Positions 49,171 to 62,400 of a stretch of DNA of 64,000 nt are shown piece by piece. The DNA is taken from NCBI RefSeq assembly GCF_018977255.1, contig NW_024704758.1, forward strand, positions 8,246,001 to 8,310,000, written 5' to 3'. The notes under the pieces were generated by a model, which saw only the letters and a list, made by a program, of their open reading frames with translations, was not told the origin of the DNA and ran no database searches. Origin of the DNA: Callorhinchus milii (lineage: Eukaryota). Every line of letters begins with the position of its first letter. Within the stretch, counting starts at the first letter, position 1. The translations under genes were made by a program, and so were the position numbers.

Positions 49171-50692
49171 CGTCAGCATTTCAAGTGTTTCCGTCACAAT
49201 AGCCACCTTCCCAACTGGTGTCTGCTGTATTATCAGATCACTGTTGACAGCACACAGCTGGATTTGCCCAGGGTGGACTGTCATATCACCCCCTTGGATT
49301 GTTCCAGTTTTTGGATTGCTGCTACCCTTCATTCACTTAATGCTATTTGCTAACTGCAAAATAAAATACAGTTCACTGCAGTGACAAAGAGCCAAACCTG
49401 CTGAGCTTCCCGAATTGTCGCTGATAATGAGGAAGATTTTGGTTCATCCACATTCTGCACACACACAGCAGAATAATCTTTGCAGTATAAAATGGTGGAA
49501 CAGTAAAAATTATTGCCGTGTTTGCTGTTACAATAATTCGCTGCTAATCCATACCTCAAAATCTCATGAGAGTTTTAGTGTTGCCTTATGGTGTCTTTTG
49601 TTAATTATTATTTTCACTGTATAGGTAAGGGGGTGTTTTTTAAAAAAAATAAACTGCAGAGATTTTACTCATTCCTTCGTGTTATTAAATAAGATGAGTT
49701 CCGTTGCACTTCCAGTGGTTGGTAACGGCTTTGTGAATTGTGGACCTGTAACATTTTTGCTCTGCACAGACAAAGAGTTCAATGTTCTTTGTAAAATGTT
49801 GAATCTTCTTAGAATTGCAAGTGACTATTGCGTGGAAACAGCGTTACGAGAGTGAATGCTAAATAGCCTTCAGATAATGATTGCGTCGCCAGAAATGTAA
49901 TCCTAGAAGGACTTTGGTCTCACATTTTACACTTCTATTTTAGTCTGTACAGTACTACAGTTACAACAGTAGGTCTAGCATAGTTATTACTGAGCAATCT
50001 GCTCTGACATCCACAGGTCGGTATGTATGTACAGTTAGAACTTGCTTGGTGTCGCACAGTGCTGTAATTCTTTAGGCTTCAGCTCATGAATTTATTTTCA
50101 AGATGCAGGTGTAATGTAAAGCTGCATCCCGCGAATTTTTTTTAAATCCGAATTTTAAAAAGGACAAGTCAAAAAAAATAGTCTGCGAAACTTTGAATCA
50201 GTTTTCAGAATACTCATGTACAAGTCAACTCCCGTTGATCAATCCAGAACTTGTTTAGCACAGTATTTCAGTATCTCACACTGAATAACCACTGCACTGT
50301 TTTGGCAGCAGCCAAAGATGTTGCTGTTTGTTACGCAGTTCTTCCTTTCAGTGGTCAGATGCTAGAGGTAGGCAGGGAGCAAGGAAGGAAGGACGCTGGG
50401 AATATCAACACTAATTAATGTTGGCCTTATTGATGAGAGAGAGAGAGAATTATAGCACTTTAGTGGAATCCCAGTTAAGTAGGTGGAATTGACTCGCATA
50501 TTGGGGTAATTAATGTGTCGTTTTTTCACACAAATTACTGTGAAGAAAACCTGATCCATGCTTGCGGTTTTTATTTCAATGCGGTGATGTGCATTATGCT
50601 TATGTTTTGGCAAAATCAGTTGTATTTTTGTAAATTCATTGTATGTACAGTTTATGTACTGAGATTAAATGCATTTGTACATCAAATCTTTT

Positions 50693-50698
50693 AATAAA
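50693..50698 (+). terminator. Candidate distal CHKA polyadenylation signal AATAAA
   Basis: Preceded by a dense cluster of TGTA (CFIm-type) motifs at 50620-50680 and followed by T-rich and GT-rich sequence. Other AATAAA occur at 49360 and 49648. Confidence 0.6.
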
Positions 50699-50937
50699 GT
50701 TTCTTTTCCCTACCCCCACCCCATGGATGGCAAGTGTATTGTTGATTTATGAAGCGTAGAGAGCAGTGTCCTATTTTTAACTATGGGGAGTGGGGGGGGG
50801 GCGAGAAACAAAATGATTAACAATTCAGCATCTGGAGTAATATTGACACCAGCGAACGTCATCCATTGATCCACCTTCTTCAGATGGGGACAGGCAGGAA
50901 AAAGGAAGGTGAGGAGAATGCATAAATCGGCACTCTT

Positions 50938-51105
50938 ATTAATAATAATAATCCTTGCATTTGATTTAGCTCCTTATCACATCTTTGAGACGCCTCAAAG
51001 CGCTTCACAAAATGGACTGGAAAGTTAATTGACTATTTGGCGAAACGCAGCAGCCAATTGTGCCAGCAGTGTCCCACAAACAGTCATGGACTGAGTGACC
51101 AAGTT
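50938..51105 (-). mobile_element. Deu-SINE 3' half
   Basis: Same family as 5710-5897 and 16128-16305. Confidence 0.85.
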
Positions 51106-51869
51106 CTTTTTTGTGGGGTTTATTAACCCCAGGAAAGTGATCCGCCAATTGACTAACAACTGGCTTGCTACTTACTGCTAGGTAAACCGAGGCGTGTAGA
51201 GTAAATAAGTTTGCCGAAAATTTGTGTGACTTAAAGACTCCAAATTTGGTCATTCCGTTAAGAATGAGAGACAAGAGCGTGGCTTGCTTAATCAGGGGAG
51301 ACTGGGATCCTGTCACGTTGAAGCAGATAGAGCTTCCAGTTCCTGCCAATATCAGGAAGAAGCGGGGCTAATTTATCATGATTTCATCCCCACCCCCCAC
51401 CATGGCAAGTGCAAGAAACGAAGGGGAACAAGTAGTTTTTTATCATAATTTTATTAAAATCTTACATGCGCAGCTGGTATTTTCTTTGTGTTTGCAGCGT
51501 GTTCTCTGTTCTCTCATTTGCATTATAAAACTGCTCCCTTGATGCCTCGCAATGTGACTGTGAGAAACTGAAAATGCGGTGAATTGAATGGTATCGTTTG
51601 TCAGGCTTGCTGCTGCCATCATGTGGTCACGAAAGATGCCATCAAGCTTCTGAATGACTGTGAAGGTGGAGGAAGTCTTCTTGTAGCATTTGCAAGATCA
51701 CAGTAGTAGCCATCTTGAAAAAGCCTCGGTTGAAAAAAATATACATTGCAAGCTGAGCACTCTCATCATCAGCCTGCATCCTTATCCAATATGTAACTGT
51801 ACTTCGATTACAGCATATACTTTTCAGTGCATTGCTGACTAATTTGGACACCTGCAGCTGGAATATGTC

Positions 51870-52006
51870 ATTAATCCTTGCATTTGATTTTTTTGATTTA
51901 GCGCTTTTCACGTCGGGAGGACGTCCCAAAGCGCTTCACAGAACACACTGTAAAGTGAATTGACTGTATAGTTGTGGGCGAACGCGGCAGCCAATTGCGC
52001 ACAGCA
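51870..52006 (-). mobile_element. Deu-SINE 3' fragment with an L2-identical tail variant
   Basis: gcgcttttcacgtcgggaggacgtcccaaagcgcttcacaga...ggcagccaattgcgcacagc. Confidence 0.85.
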
Positions 52007-53325
52007 ATTAACTGACTCGTTGGGAGAAATGGATGTTTCAGTCGTGTGGTGCATCTGTTCCAAGTAATTAATTGAGACGAGTACTGCACTGAAAACCTCT
52101 CGTAATAAAACTGCGCCTTTGCTGGGAGATGTTTCACTGCACTTCAAGTGTATCTGCTAATTGCTTCCCGTGAAACCTCTCATTACTAGTGTTTCGTGCA
52201 AGCACAGGTTTATTAACATGTGAAAATTAGACATTTGATTCTATTTATATTCCCTCTGGCACTAAATTAAAGATCTTATTATTAACGAAGATATGCCATT
52301 GAAATGCACTGAAAAGGGTAGGATAACATTGCCCAGCAGCTCAAAGGTTAGGGGCATTTGACTCACTGCCAGAAGGTCAGAAGCTTGGGTGCAGTGGCCG
52401 ACTGGCTCCCGAAAAGGGCTTGGGATTGAAATGTAAAATGATGGCACCAATTCATGTGGGAGGGAAGGTGCCAAAAAAGCACAAGACATCTGTGCATTTA
52501 AAACCTTATCGGGCTTAAACGAAACTTCTGAAGTAGGTTGGATGGAATAGTTTGCATCCGGAGTCGTTTAAGGGGAGCTCAGGAACCATTGATGGCGCTA
52601 TCAGGAAATTTCCCAATTTCTCACACAGCCCGTCGGTTCTTGCTTGAGTGCTGTGTTTCTGGTCACTCCGATTTGATTGCCTTGGTTGGGTGAGACTCCT
52701 TGGTGAGCTGGGCACTGCACACAGGTCAGTCAGTGCACTCAGGAGAAAGAGAACTGACTAACAGAAAGCATCTGTCACAGTTATTCCTGCAATTCCTTTC
52801 ACTGAGGTGCAGGACATTGCCAATAATGGAAAGAATAACAGAGCATGAGGTGGGGTAAAGCCAAGCTTAGGATTCAAAAGTCTGCAGCTTGTAGGAGGAA
52901 TGAAAGACTGTGCAGAATCCCACAGTCTTGAGATCATGAGTTACTGTTAGAGATTGTGCAGTGAACTTTGTTTTTAAGATGCAGTTCATGATTGACAGAC
53001 TTGAGTGAGAGCGGCACAGAAATAAAAATAATAGCTTTTAAATTCAATTCCAAACACACATTAGTCACTAGCTTTGAATATTAACCATTTAACTGTGGGC
53101 TACAAGTTTACAATGACAAAGTAGAAAGCATCATGAATCCCTTATGTTGATAAGAGAAAGGCAAAAATGTGGAAAACCTATTCGTTGAATCTGTATGTTT
53201 TTTTTGTGTCTTAAACCTCAGGCAGCTTCAAAGGTTTCCTGGTCACTGACATGGGGCAGCATCTTTGGAAGAAGGCAGCTTTATAATTATCTGTGTCAAG
53301 CCAAGTTATTTAAAATAAATAAACA

Positions 53326-53695
53326 GCTCCTCTGATGGCCTAATAACCAATGACGGCATGTGCAGAACACTGAGTCCTACAGATTGGGAAGTTTCAATGA
53401 ATCCCCAGTGAATGCTGAGTTATCTCATCTCAATGTGCATTTTAACTCTGTTTGTCTTCTCTGTGCTAACAGGAATAGAACCATAGAAATTTACAGCACA
53501 GAAAAAAAAGCCATTCAGTCAGTCCATTGTGCCCGTGTTGGCTCTTGGAAACAGCAATTGATTCAGTCCAATTTGCCATTGCAGTAGTGCCTCTATGCAG
53601 TAATGGCTCCTCTGATGGCCTCGTAACTGATGATGGGCCCAGGGAGAACACTGAGTCATACAGATTGCTAATCTCAATGTGCACTTAACTCTGCT
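53326..53695 (+). repeat. Direct repeat pair (about 53326-53450 and about 53606-53695)
   Basis: gctcctctgatggcct...agaacactgagtc(c/a)tacagattg...atctcaatgtgca...taactctg occurs in both. Confidence 0.8.
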
Positions 53696-54154
53696 TAAAG
53701 ACAATTTCTCTGCTCATGAGGAAATCGTTCCCATCATCGGAGATCGAGACTGCAGGAGGGTGAAGACTTGTTGCTGCTTCTGTTCGCCCCCAGTGTAAGA
53801 GGAGAGGCCACCCTGGCAGAACAACATTTCTCGTTATTTGTAAACCACCAAAAAAGTAACTTTATCACATCTGCAAGTATCAATGCTACGCAGTTCTGCG
53901 CTAGGCGTATTGTTACTTTAAAGCAATTGAGCCCAGTTATCGTGCAAGTGATAAGACTAGCCACATCACAGAAACAGGCCATTCAGTCCACGTCTGTGCC
54001 AGTGTTTCTCTCCGTCTCATCTAATCCCACTTTTTTGCTCGTTCCTCAATTGTAATAATTAACTTCTAATCCATACCTCACAATTACACAAGAGTTTTTG
54101 TGCTGCTTTGTGGTCTCTTCTCCTTTAGTATTCCTCCTCTTCAGGAATCTATTT

Positions 54155-54680
54155 TCCTTTTTTAAATCCTTACGGAGTAGCTCTCAACAAAGGTTTGTGG
54201 CAGTGAATTCCGCATTCCGGACCACCCTGTGCGTAAAGAGTTTATTTCTCTCTCTAACCTCTTCAATTCTGTGAATGATTACTTTAAATGTGTGTTCTCT
54301 CAATGCTTCTGGTGGAAATACACTGCACCTGATATTCTTGCAAAACACAATCAGTGGATTGAGGGTGGTTGAGGCTGGGACACTTGACTCATTTAAAAAG
54401 CAGCTTGATGCTGTAATGGCAAAATAATACGGTGGGTGTTCTGGAAGGAAAAGTTTGGACGGGCTGATGGTAGGGTGACCACATTCGGGGACAGGTTTAT
54501 AAAACAAATTGAACTCACAACAATTCCTCTCGCAGCGTTGGAGAACACAAATTTAAAATAACCATTCAAGGAATTAACGAGAGAGAGAAAACTCTTTACA
54601 CAGAGGGTGGTCTGGAAGGTAGAATTTATTGCCACAGACCGTTGTTGACAGCCACCCCTAAGGATTTTAAAAAGGGAATG
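54155..54680. mobile_element. Cluster of CR1 3' fragments, with the outer two in inverted orientation
   Basis: RNKLFTHRVV on the minus strand (54155-54305) is the reverse complement of 54533-54677. A third piece, VVEAGTLDSFKKQLDAV, lies between them. Confidence 0.7.
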
Positions 54681-54700
54681 TGCTACTGCTGCACAATGTA

Positions 54701-54907
54701 CAGGGTGTCCACAAAGTCCTCTCAGCCCCTATTACAAAACAGCAATATGAGACTGCGGAGGAGCTGAAACAAGCTGTCTCCTCGTCACTCAAATCCATGT
54801 TACAGAAGATGTGGCACCGAACATGGCGACGGATCATTATCTGCCATGAAAATGATGGCGCTCACACCCACCGATCCTCCAGACGTCTAACTACAGTTAA
54901 ACCCTTG
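54701..54907 (+). mobile_element. Internally deleted Tc1/mariner-superfamily element
   Basis: Begins TA|CAGGGTGTCC and ends acccttg|TA. Encodes ETAEELKQAV...MLQKMWHRTWRRIIICHENDGAHT, resembling the transposase C-terminus (T.EELK..I...ML.......R...C....G.H). Confidence 0.65.
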
Positions 54908-56407
54908 TACTGAATAACAATTAAGTGCTTCAAAGTACAATTACCATCATTCTTCTACATGTTTCAGTGTTGATCGGCGCACTGTAGAAAAAACACATGG
55001 GGGTAACAGGCCTTTGTCTACAACAAAAACCTTCCAAATCTTCCCACCTGCTTTCCTTCTGCTATTCATATGAAGGGTGCTATATAAATGCAAGTTGTTA
55101 TTGTTTCCTATGAAAAGCTGCTGTCTTATCTTTCTACCACCGTTGATAAATAGCTCTGGTCTATCAGGCTGATTTTGCGATATTGCCAGACGTTTTCTTC
55201 ACAAGTATACTTAAACAGTGCATATTGCAGAATTATCTGCCTCTTATCTGCTCTATCAACATTTCCTGATTCTCCACAGATTCTGCAACATTTGTGTCTA
55301 GGATGGCAGTCACACCTATTGATGCCACAGACAATATCTGCAGGAGTAAAGGGGAAGAATTAATTGTTCACATTGCAACATGTTCAATTTACAACATAAT
55401 GGTTTGGGACATCCTGACATGAAAGGCGCCATATAAAATTGTATTGTGTAAGATTGGATTTGACAGGATACGTCCTTAACCTAATTCCTTTCAAAAGGGA
55501 TATCAAATTTCAGAACAGAATGCTTAACTATTTTAGGTTGCAGGGAACGTATTCAGCCGGCCCCCTATTTAAATATAACCTTTTGTGTCCTTGGCCCTCT
55601 TCACCAATATAATACTTGGATGTACAATGGTGCAATGCAGATAGCTTATAGAAGTTAGTCTCAGAGGGTGAGCGGAAGAGTTTCACTCAATGAGGAACTC
55701 AATGAGAAAAAGATACGATTTTTAAAAAGTCAACAGGAACAGTTTAATCTAAAATCAATTATCTCCTCTGTTATAAACGTCAATGCCCTGACTTGGAGCA
55801 CTTTTGCCTACCCAAACTAACTTAAGGGTGGAATAACAAGAGTGGAATAACACAATACATTGCATCTGAAAGTAATGGCACAACTAATCAGGCTTTTTGT
55901 TACTGCTTGAAGAATTTTCACTGAGTACCATGGGCCAGGGAAGGGCTTTCCTATTGTACAGGATCTATTGTACATTCCAATAAACTTGGCTCAACAAGTG
56001 ATGGTTAACTCTGTTTGAACTTCAGCATGTAGCGTTTCCAGGAGATGACTTGAACTGGAAGCAGTGTGGGAAGCACTGTGATTGTTCTTCCAAAGCAGAT
56101 TGGATTGATACGGAATTGTTGTATAAAAGTGTAACGGCAGCAGCTTGTCTGAGAAATTGCGCGCCTCACTGGTGCTCTGTCTTTCCTGTTTTTTTCAAGT
56201 CAGTGGCCTCATCAGATGATCATTGGTAGAAGCCCCGGGCTGCCGCTCACTTTATCCTTGGAACCACAGAAATGAGCTTTGTCAGTTCCTGTTTGAACTG
56301 CAATGGATGAACATTCAGACGCTTTTGGAATCAAGAACTGCTCCAATCCTCTGATTCAGAACTGTAAACTTAAAATGGCTACTGCTCACACAGACAAGGT
56401 GTGACCG

Positions 56408-56435
56408 GACAGTCAGTCAGTCAGTCAGTCAGTCA
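56408..56435. repeat. (CAGT)n microsatellite
   Basis: acagtcagtcagtcagtcagtcagtca. Confidence 0.9.
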
Positions 56436-59139
56436 ATGCTTCAATATACATTGATTCTCAGCAGTGAGGACGCAAGCAAATATTTACCTTTAAGATAGCA
56501 CCTGCCAATCTATCTGTTTCATTGGGGGAGGGAGCAAAATGAGCCCCTTTGTCTCTCTCCAAAGTCTCTTCAAATGACTGAGATTGCAAGGTCCCATTTT
56601 GGGAGAGTTGTGAAGGTGAAACCATTTTTTGGGCAGGGGGAGGGGAATGGGTGCAACAATGATGCCTATGTGTGGGTATAAAGTTGGGGAAAAAAAGGAA
56701 TGCAAATGAAGTACAATTTTATTGTACAAGAACAATATTTTTCAAAGACGTGTAAAGAGAATAAACATACAGTGATTTTAAAAGTGAAGCTGAAATGAAG
56801 CACTTGAATTGTTAGTGGCTTATTAATTATTTGCATTCAGATCGAGCATCATTTTAAGGCCATTGAAATTCTATTCCATGCATTATGTTTTCCATTAAGA
56901 GTTAATGTGGAGCCATAACAAATTCATGAAGCACATATATTGTAAACCCATTGCTAGACATCTGGGACTTTAATAATAATATCACTGCACACAAGTGTCT
57001 CCACTTACACTGAACAGCACTTACCTGATGTGTTGCAGAAAGCTAATTTCTCTCATTCCTTTATATATTGTTCCTTTATTATGTTACAAGCTTAATCGTT
57101 TCAGGTTTTTAAACTCTTGCATTCTCTTGGACATACTTTCCAGCAAGTTTAAGAATATGAAACATACTCATTGCTGTTGGAAAGGTTGCTTTCCTATCAG
57201 CAGTCCACTGTTACAGCACAACATTTGAAACCTTTGCTTCATTCCCTGTTCTTTCATTTGCTTGAACAGACATTGTGACAATACCATGCCTCTCATTTCA
57301 AACCGCTTGTGAGTGATGGAGCACTGGGATCTGTCAGGTTCAAGATACAAGAGTGAAGCAGCCTTCTTATAAGGATCTAACCAGGTTATTGTGGGAAATG
57401 AATTAGTCGTGTAATTTTCGTTTCTCTCCTACAATACATTTCTGTGCACTGCTTCTTCTTAACATCCATTCTTCAAAACATCTGAATTTAAGTGGCATCA
57501 TGCCATGTTTTGCACACAAAACACAGTCAATCCACTTTGCCATATATTCTGTGAAGCGCTTTCAGACGACTCAACAACGTGATAAGAAATAGGATAGACA
57601 TTGGAATTTAATAAGGTTTGAAGTAAATGGGTTCGATCATTCTGAAACCCACAAATACCAAAAGCTGTCGTGAAACTGGCCTGAAATATCAAATGGGGTT
57701 ATGTGGAGTGTTTTTGGCTACATTCCCTGCTGAAGGGATTTCCCAGTTTTAAATGTGCTTTGCCAAAGAAACTGCACACGACACTCATCGTATGCTATAC
57801 AAAAGAGAATTGATCTTTGTTGAGAAGATATCCATTTGCTCATATCCATTGGGAATGCTGTGCTTGTATTGCTGAGCTTTACAACTGCACGTTGTCTGGT
57901 TTAAACACCTTTCACTTTGTCAGCTGTTTCATTCTTATCTGTAGTTAACCTTTCAAACAAATGGTGATTATTTTTTATTATGCTAAGTGGAATGAAAATG
58001 TCATACAACATTTTGTTTTCATTGGCTTGGTCTCAATTTATCTCCTTATTAATATAGTTAATGGATGTTTGGGACTGACTAACAGGTAATCACTCTGATG
58101 ACTTTATAAGTCAAGCGGGTCACCTGTGCCTTAACCTGTAACTATACAATGTATTCTAGTTTTGATGTGATGGCTTTTTCATGCTAAATTACATTGATTT
58201 AAATTACTATTGTCACCCTTAAGAAAAAAAACACTTTTTCATATTTATAAAGGAATTAACAGGCCAGTAATTTAGATCTTGAAAAGTAACTACTGTAATA
58301 AAATCTGTGATGCAATACAATGTTAGGCACTGATAACATTTGCAAAGGTGCCCAATGATTTTACAAGGAAAGCAGACAGATCTTGATGGATGACACCAAA
58401 TGCTGAACTTACCGACTGTTTGAATATTACACATCGTTCTTGGGAAAAACAATTGTTCTTGTCATGAATACATAAATTGTATTAGAAAAATATACATTTA
58501 CAGGAATTGCAAAATCCAACAAGCAGAAGAGAGGGAGTTAAAAAGAATGTGGGCAATTTTGAAAATGAGTCCCTGTCAAAACAGTATCTTAAGTTGCACA
58601 ACTAAACCTGACATGACCAAGTGTGAGAAGGGCGTAGATTCTGGAATCCATTTCCATGGGCATCGAGCTTGAGTCATCTGTGCAGTAACTGCAAATAAGT
58701 GGCTATTTATCCCTGAAAGATCTGGTCTTAATATATTATACTGAATAAAATAATAATCCTTGCATTTGATACAGAGCCTTTCAAATCGGGAGGACATCGC
58801 AAAGCACTTTCACAGGATTTACTATATTTTATAGGTAAACTTGCGAGGATATCCCAAAGGTAAGAAAGAGACCTTTTCCTTAAGATAGGAATATGCATTA
58901 TTTCAAGAGATAAATACAACATTATTATTAATTAAATATTAACAACTTCTTACAGCCAAGGACTCAGAAATCTAATTGATCAATTTGTTCTTGGTAGACA
59001 ACACAGTAAAAGCTATATATCAGGGAGTACTTACATTGATTGAAATCATAATGCAGGAATTACAACATGAATTGATAGGTTTAATCTAGACCCCTCCACA
59101 CAATATGTACACACATATTTACCTACAAGTGCAGTCACT

Positions 59140-59485
59140 CGGGATTGGGGAGGATGGAGGGCAGGTGGGGGAAGGAAGGTGATCAAAGGAATGGTCGAAG
59201 AGGAGCATCTTGAGACGGGTCTTGAAGTAGCCAAAGGAAAGGGTGAGGCGGAGGGTTGGAGTTCAAAAGGGTGGGGGCAGAGTGGCTGAAGTCCCGCCCA
59301 CCAATGGTGAGGCGGGCAAGTCGGGGGATATGAAGCAGGCCAGAACCTGCTGAGCAGAGGGAATGGCGCAGGTTGGTAGGGGGTTAGGAGGTCTCAGAGG
59401 AAGGCGGGGAGCCAGGCCATGGAGGGCTTTGAAAATGAGGACCAGGATCTTGAATTGTATCCTCTGTATAATGGGAAGCCCATCA
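59140..59485 (-). mobile_element. L2 LINE 3' fragment
   Basis: LPIIQRIQFKILVLIFKALHGLAP on the minus strand. DNA is similar to 38810-39150. Confidence 0.85.
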
Positions 59486-62400
59486 TGTCTGCGTTTTCCA
59501 CATATCACATGAAACATCATCTACAAAGGACATTAGATTACCCCATTGACCCCGTTCTCCCTTTTCTGATATTTTTTCCAATGCCCCTTTTTTGGCTTTG
59601 TCCTCCCTATTTCTTTTTTCCACTAAGGCTCTGTGTTTCTCTTCCTATTTTACAAACATCCTTTAGCACAGATTAAAGAATATCATTCAGAATTTATGAC
59701 TTCTGCATTTGCTGAACATTTTCATCATAGATTATTATGATGAGATTAACCGTGAATTGTGCAGTTACTGTCTTGTTTTTCACAAGCAAAATAAATTGCT
59801 GCCATGGTCCCTCATTCTGACTAAGCATCCTGTTGATCTTAGGAACGAGCCGATAACAGAAATACAAGGACACCATTTATCAACAACTCTTTTGGAATGT
59901 CAACATAATACTTAGAAAATGTGGATGTAATCAATCCATGGGCAAAGCCCTTTAGGATCAATAATCACGCTTTGTGATCCAAACACCCAAATCATCAGTG
60001 CATTCTGTCTCTTTGGAATTGTTCAGTTTGACTTAGGGAGAACCCTGTCGTATGTAGGATTGATTTATTTCCAATGAGCTAACCTTAGTCCTCTGAAGCT
60101 CTATTTCTGTCAGTGTCCAACAAAACCAATTACTCTGCTCCTTCAGGATGATAGCATTAACGGTTGCTAAGATTCGGCAAGATAATTTTGAAGACTGCTC
60201 GTGGCTATTTCATGAGTACTTCAGTCTCCATTTTATTTTGCCCATTTGGAAATGATACAGGAAAAATCACAAGGAAACATCTCACTCCCATTGAATATTA
60301 GATTTTCTCTTTGTTCTTCCCCCACGTGTGATTTAATTTTTTTGTTTAATGGGAATGAGAAAACCCTGTTATAATGTGATGTTCAAGTCATTCACTCGTC
60401 CTTTCATCCATAAGAACAAGAGTTTAATTCTCAGAAAATAACATGAATCTGTTTTGAAGGCTCGAGCAAGTATTTTATGTAAACAGGATATTTTACATAA
60501 CGGGATAGGTTTTCAAACCTAGTCCACACCTAATAGAAGCAATTCTTTTCACACTAAGTTCCTATCTTCCAGTCTAATGGATCGAACGGACATTAAGTTT
60601 GGCTTGACTTTGAAGAACAGAAAGTTTTCCTGGTGTCTTTCCTTAAAATCACCAAATAATACATTAATTGGTCATTCACCATTCTTGATGCAGCTTAGCT
60701 ATTGCATTTGCTTCCAAAAGTCACGACCATTTAAAAACGAACCCTTTGTATGATGTGACTTTTCTGGTATAATAAGATTCCTTATTAAATTGAAATATCA
60801 TTGCAATTAATTTTTAGAATTATTTTTAATTATCTATATTCTACGGGAATCTGAAGCATTTCCCCTGAAGACTTTGTCAATTGCAAATTATAAAATTGTT
60901 GTGGTATGCTTCAAAAGATTTTATTCATCTGTTCACTCTTGGATGAGAATCAATACCTTGGGATGTCCTCCCGATGCGAAAGGCGCTATACACATTTAAT
61001 TTGTTATTATTGTCTTCCACCAAAGTTTTTTCCCTTCCCCCTTTCCTCCGGCCCCTACAGGTGTACAGGTCCACAAGCCTCAAATTGCCCTGCAGTACTT
61101 CCCTCAGGTATCACTAACCTTGACTGTGGATTAGCAAGGTCTTGGATTTATGATGGATTTAAGGCGTTGCAATTCATTATGGTCTGTATCCAGCTGCAGT
61201 ATAACTCCCCAGTTTAAAAAAAATCCAGAGAAAACATCCATTTTACAAATGTGTAATTGACAATGCTGAAAAGACCAGTCTTTAGTGATACTTCCATTGT
61301 AGTATCTCTTCAGTATTGTATTGTGGTTTGCTGTTAAGCATCAATAATCCTGGAATGTTCAAAATGAAAGCTCACCGATTAATGCAGTAGGATCGAACTA
61401 AATCAATTTTTGATTAACATAAATTGTGGAAAATCATTTGTGCTAGTTTGGTTTGCTTTCGTCATGTGGGGGCAGGGGTTGAAGGAAAGAACTGATAGAG
61501 GAAAGACATTCATACCAAAGCGAGATATATTGATGCCAAGCTTGCAATCTAACTGGACAGTAAAAGGCTGGTCACTGAACCTCTTCTCTACAGGGTAGCA
61601 AAAGACCTAAATGTGGCCATTCTTTTAAAAAAAAGAAATCTTAAGGCACCTGTTTGAAGCTATCAATGGGATAACCTACTTAATATTATACATACAGATT
61701 TTTCTTTTATTAATTTATCTTTCTATTTTTGTGTCATAAATGCGGTTATGTTTGAATATGGTTTGCTCCTGAGAACAAAACAATGTCAGTGAAATCCAAC
61801 TGAAATACAGCGCAACAATATATTTTGAACAAGATCAACTGAGAGATCAAAGTGAAATGAAGAGACCACTTGATAATGTCTCGAATTCAGCACCAGAAGC
61901 AAGAGTCAAAGACTTATGAATTCCGTTGCATTATTTTTAATGTCTGGAAGTTGAAGACATATTAGTGGCATGTCTTGACTCGAGGCGACATTTGTAAGAA
62001 TCTGCTATTTATCATCTTTGACAAACACATTGCTCCAAAACTGTTTAATATCTATCAAGCTGTGCTTGTGCTGATCCGTGGCATTGAATCGGGGATGTAT
62101 GTCTACAATGTGAGTTCCGATTAAAGTAAATGTAATATTGATAATAATAATAATAATCCTTGCATTTGATATCATGCCTTATTGAAACGTCTCAAAGCGC
62201 TTCACAGCAGAGTATATTTTGTTGGCAAAACTAAATGCTGTATATAGTTTATATACACAATAAAACTAGGAAAAATATTATCTGTACATGCTATTGTGCC
62301 TCAATGACTGAAAATTATTCTTTCACTTTGTTAACTTCTTGTAGTGATTTGGGATTCATTCGTTCACAAAATGCTGGACAGTTGATACTCTTTTTTTTTT

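Noticed and set aside
55990-56400. Coding-looking minus-strand stretch (e.g. SECSSIAVQTGTDKAHF, SSDEATDLKKTGK)
   Set aside because: Stops occur in all frames and I recognise no protein, so it cannot be called an exon or pseudogene from sequence alone.
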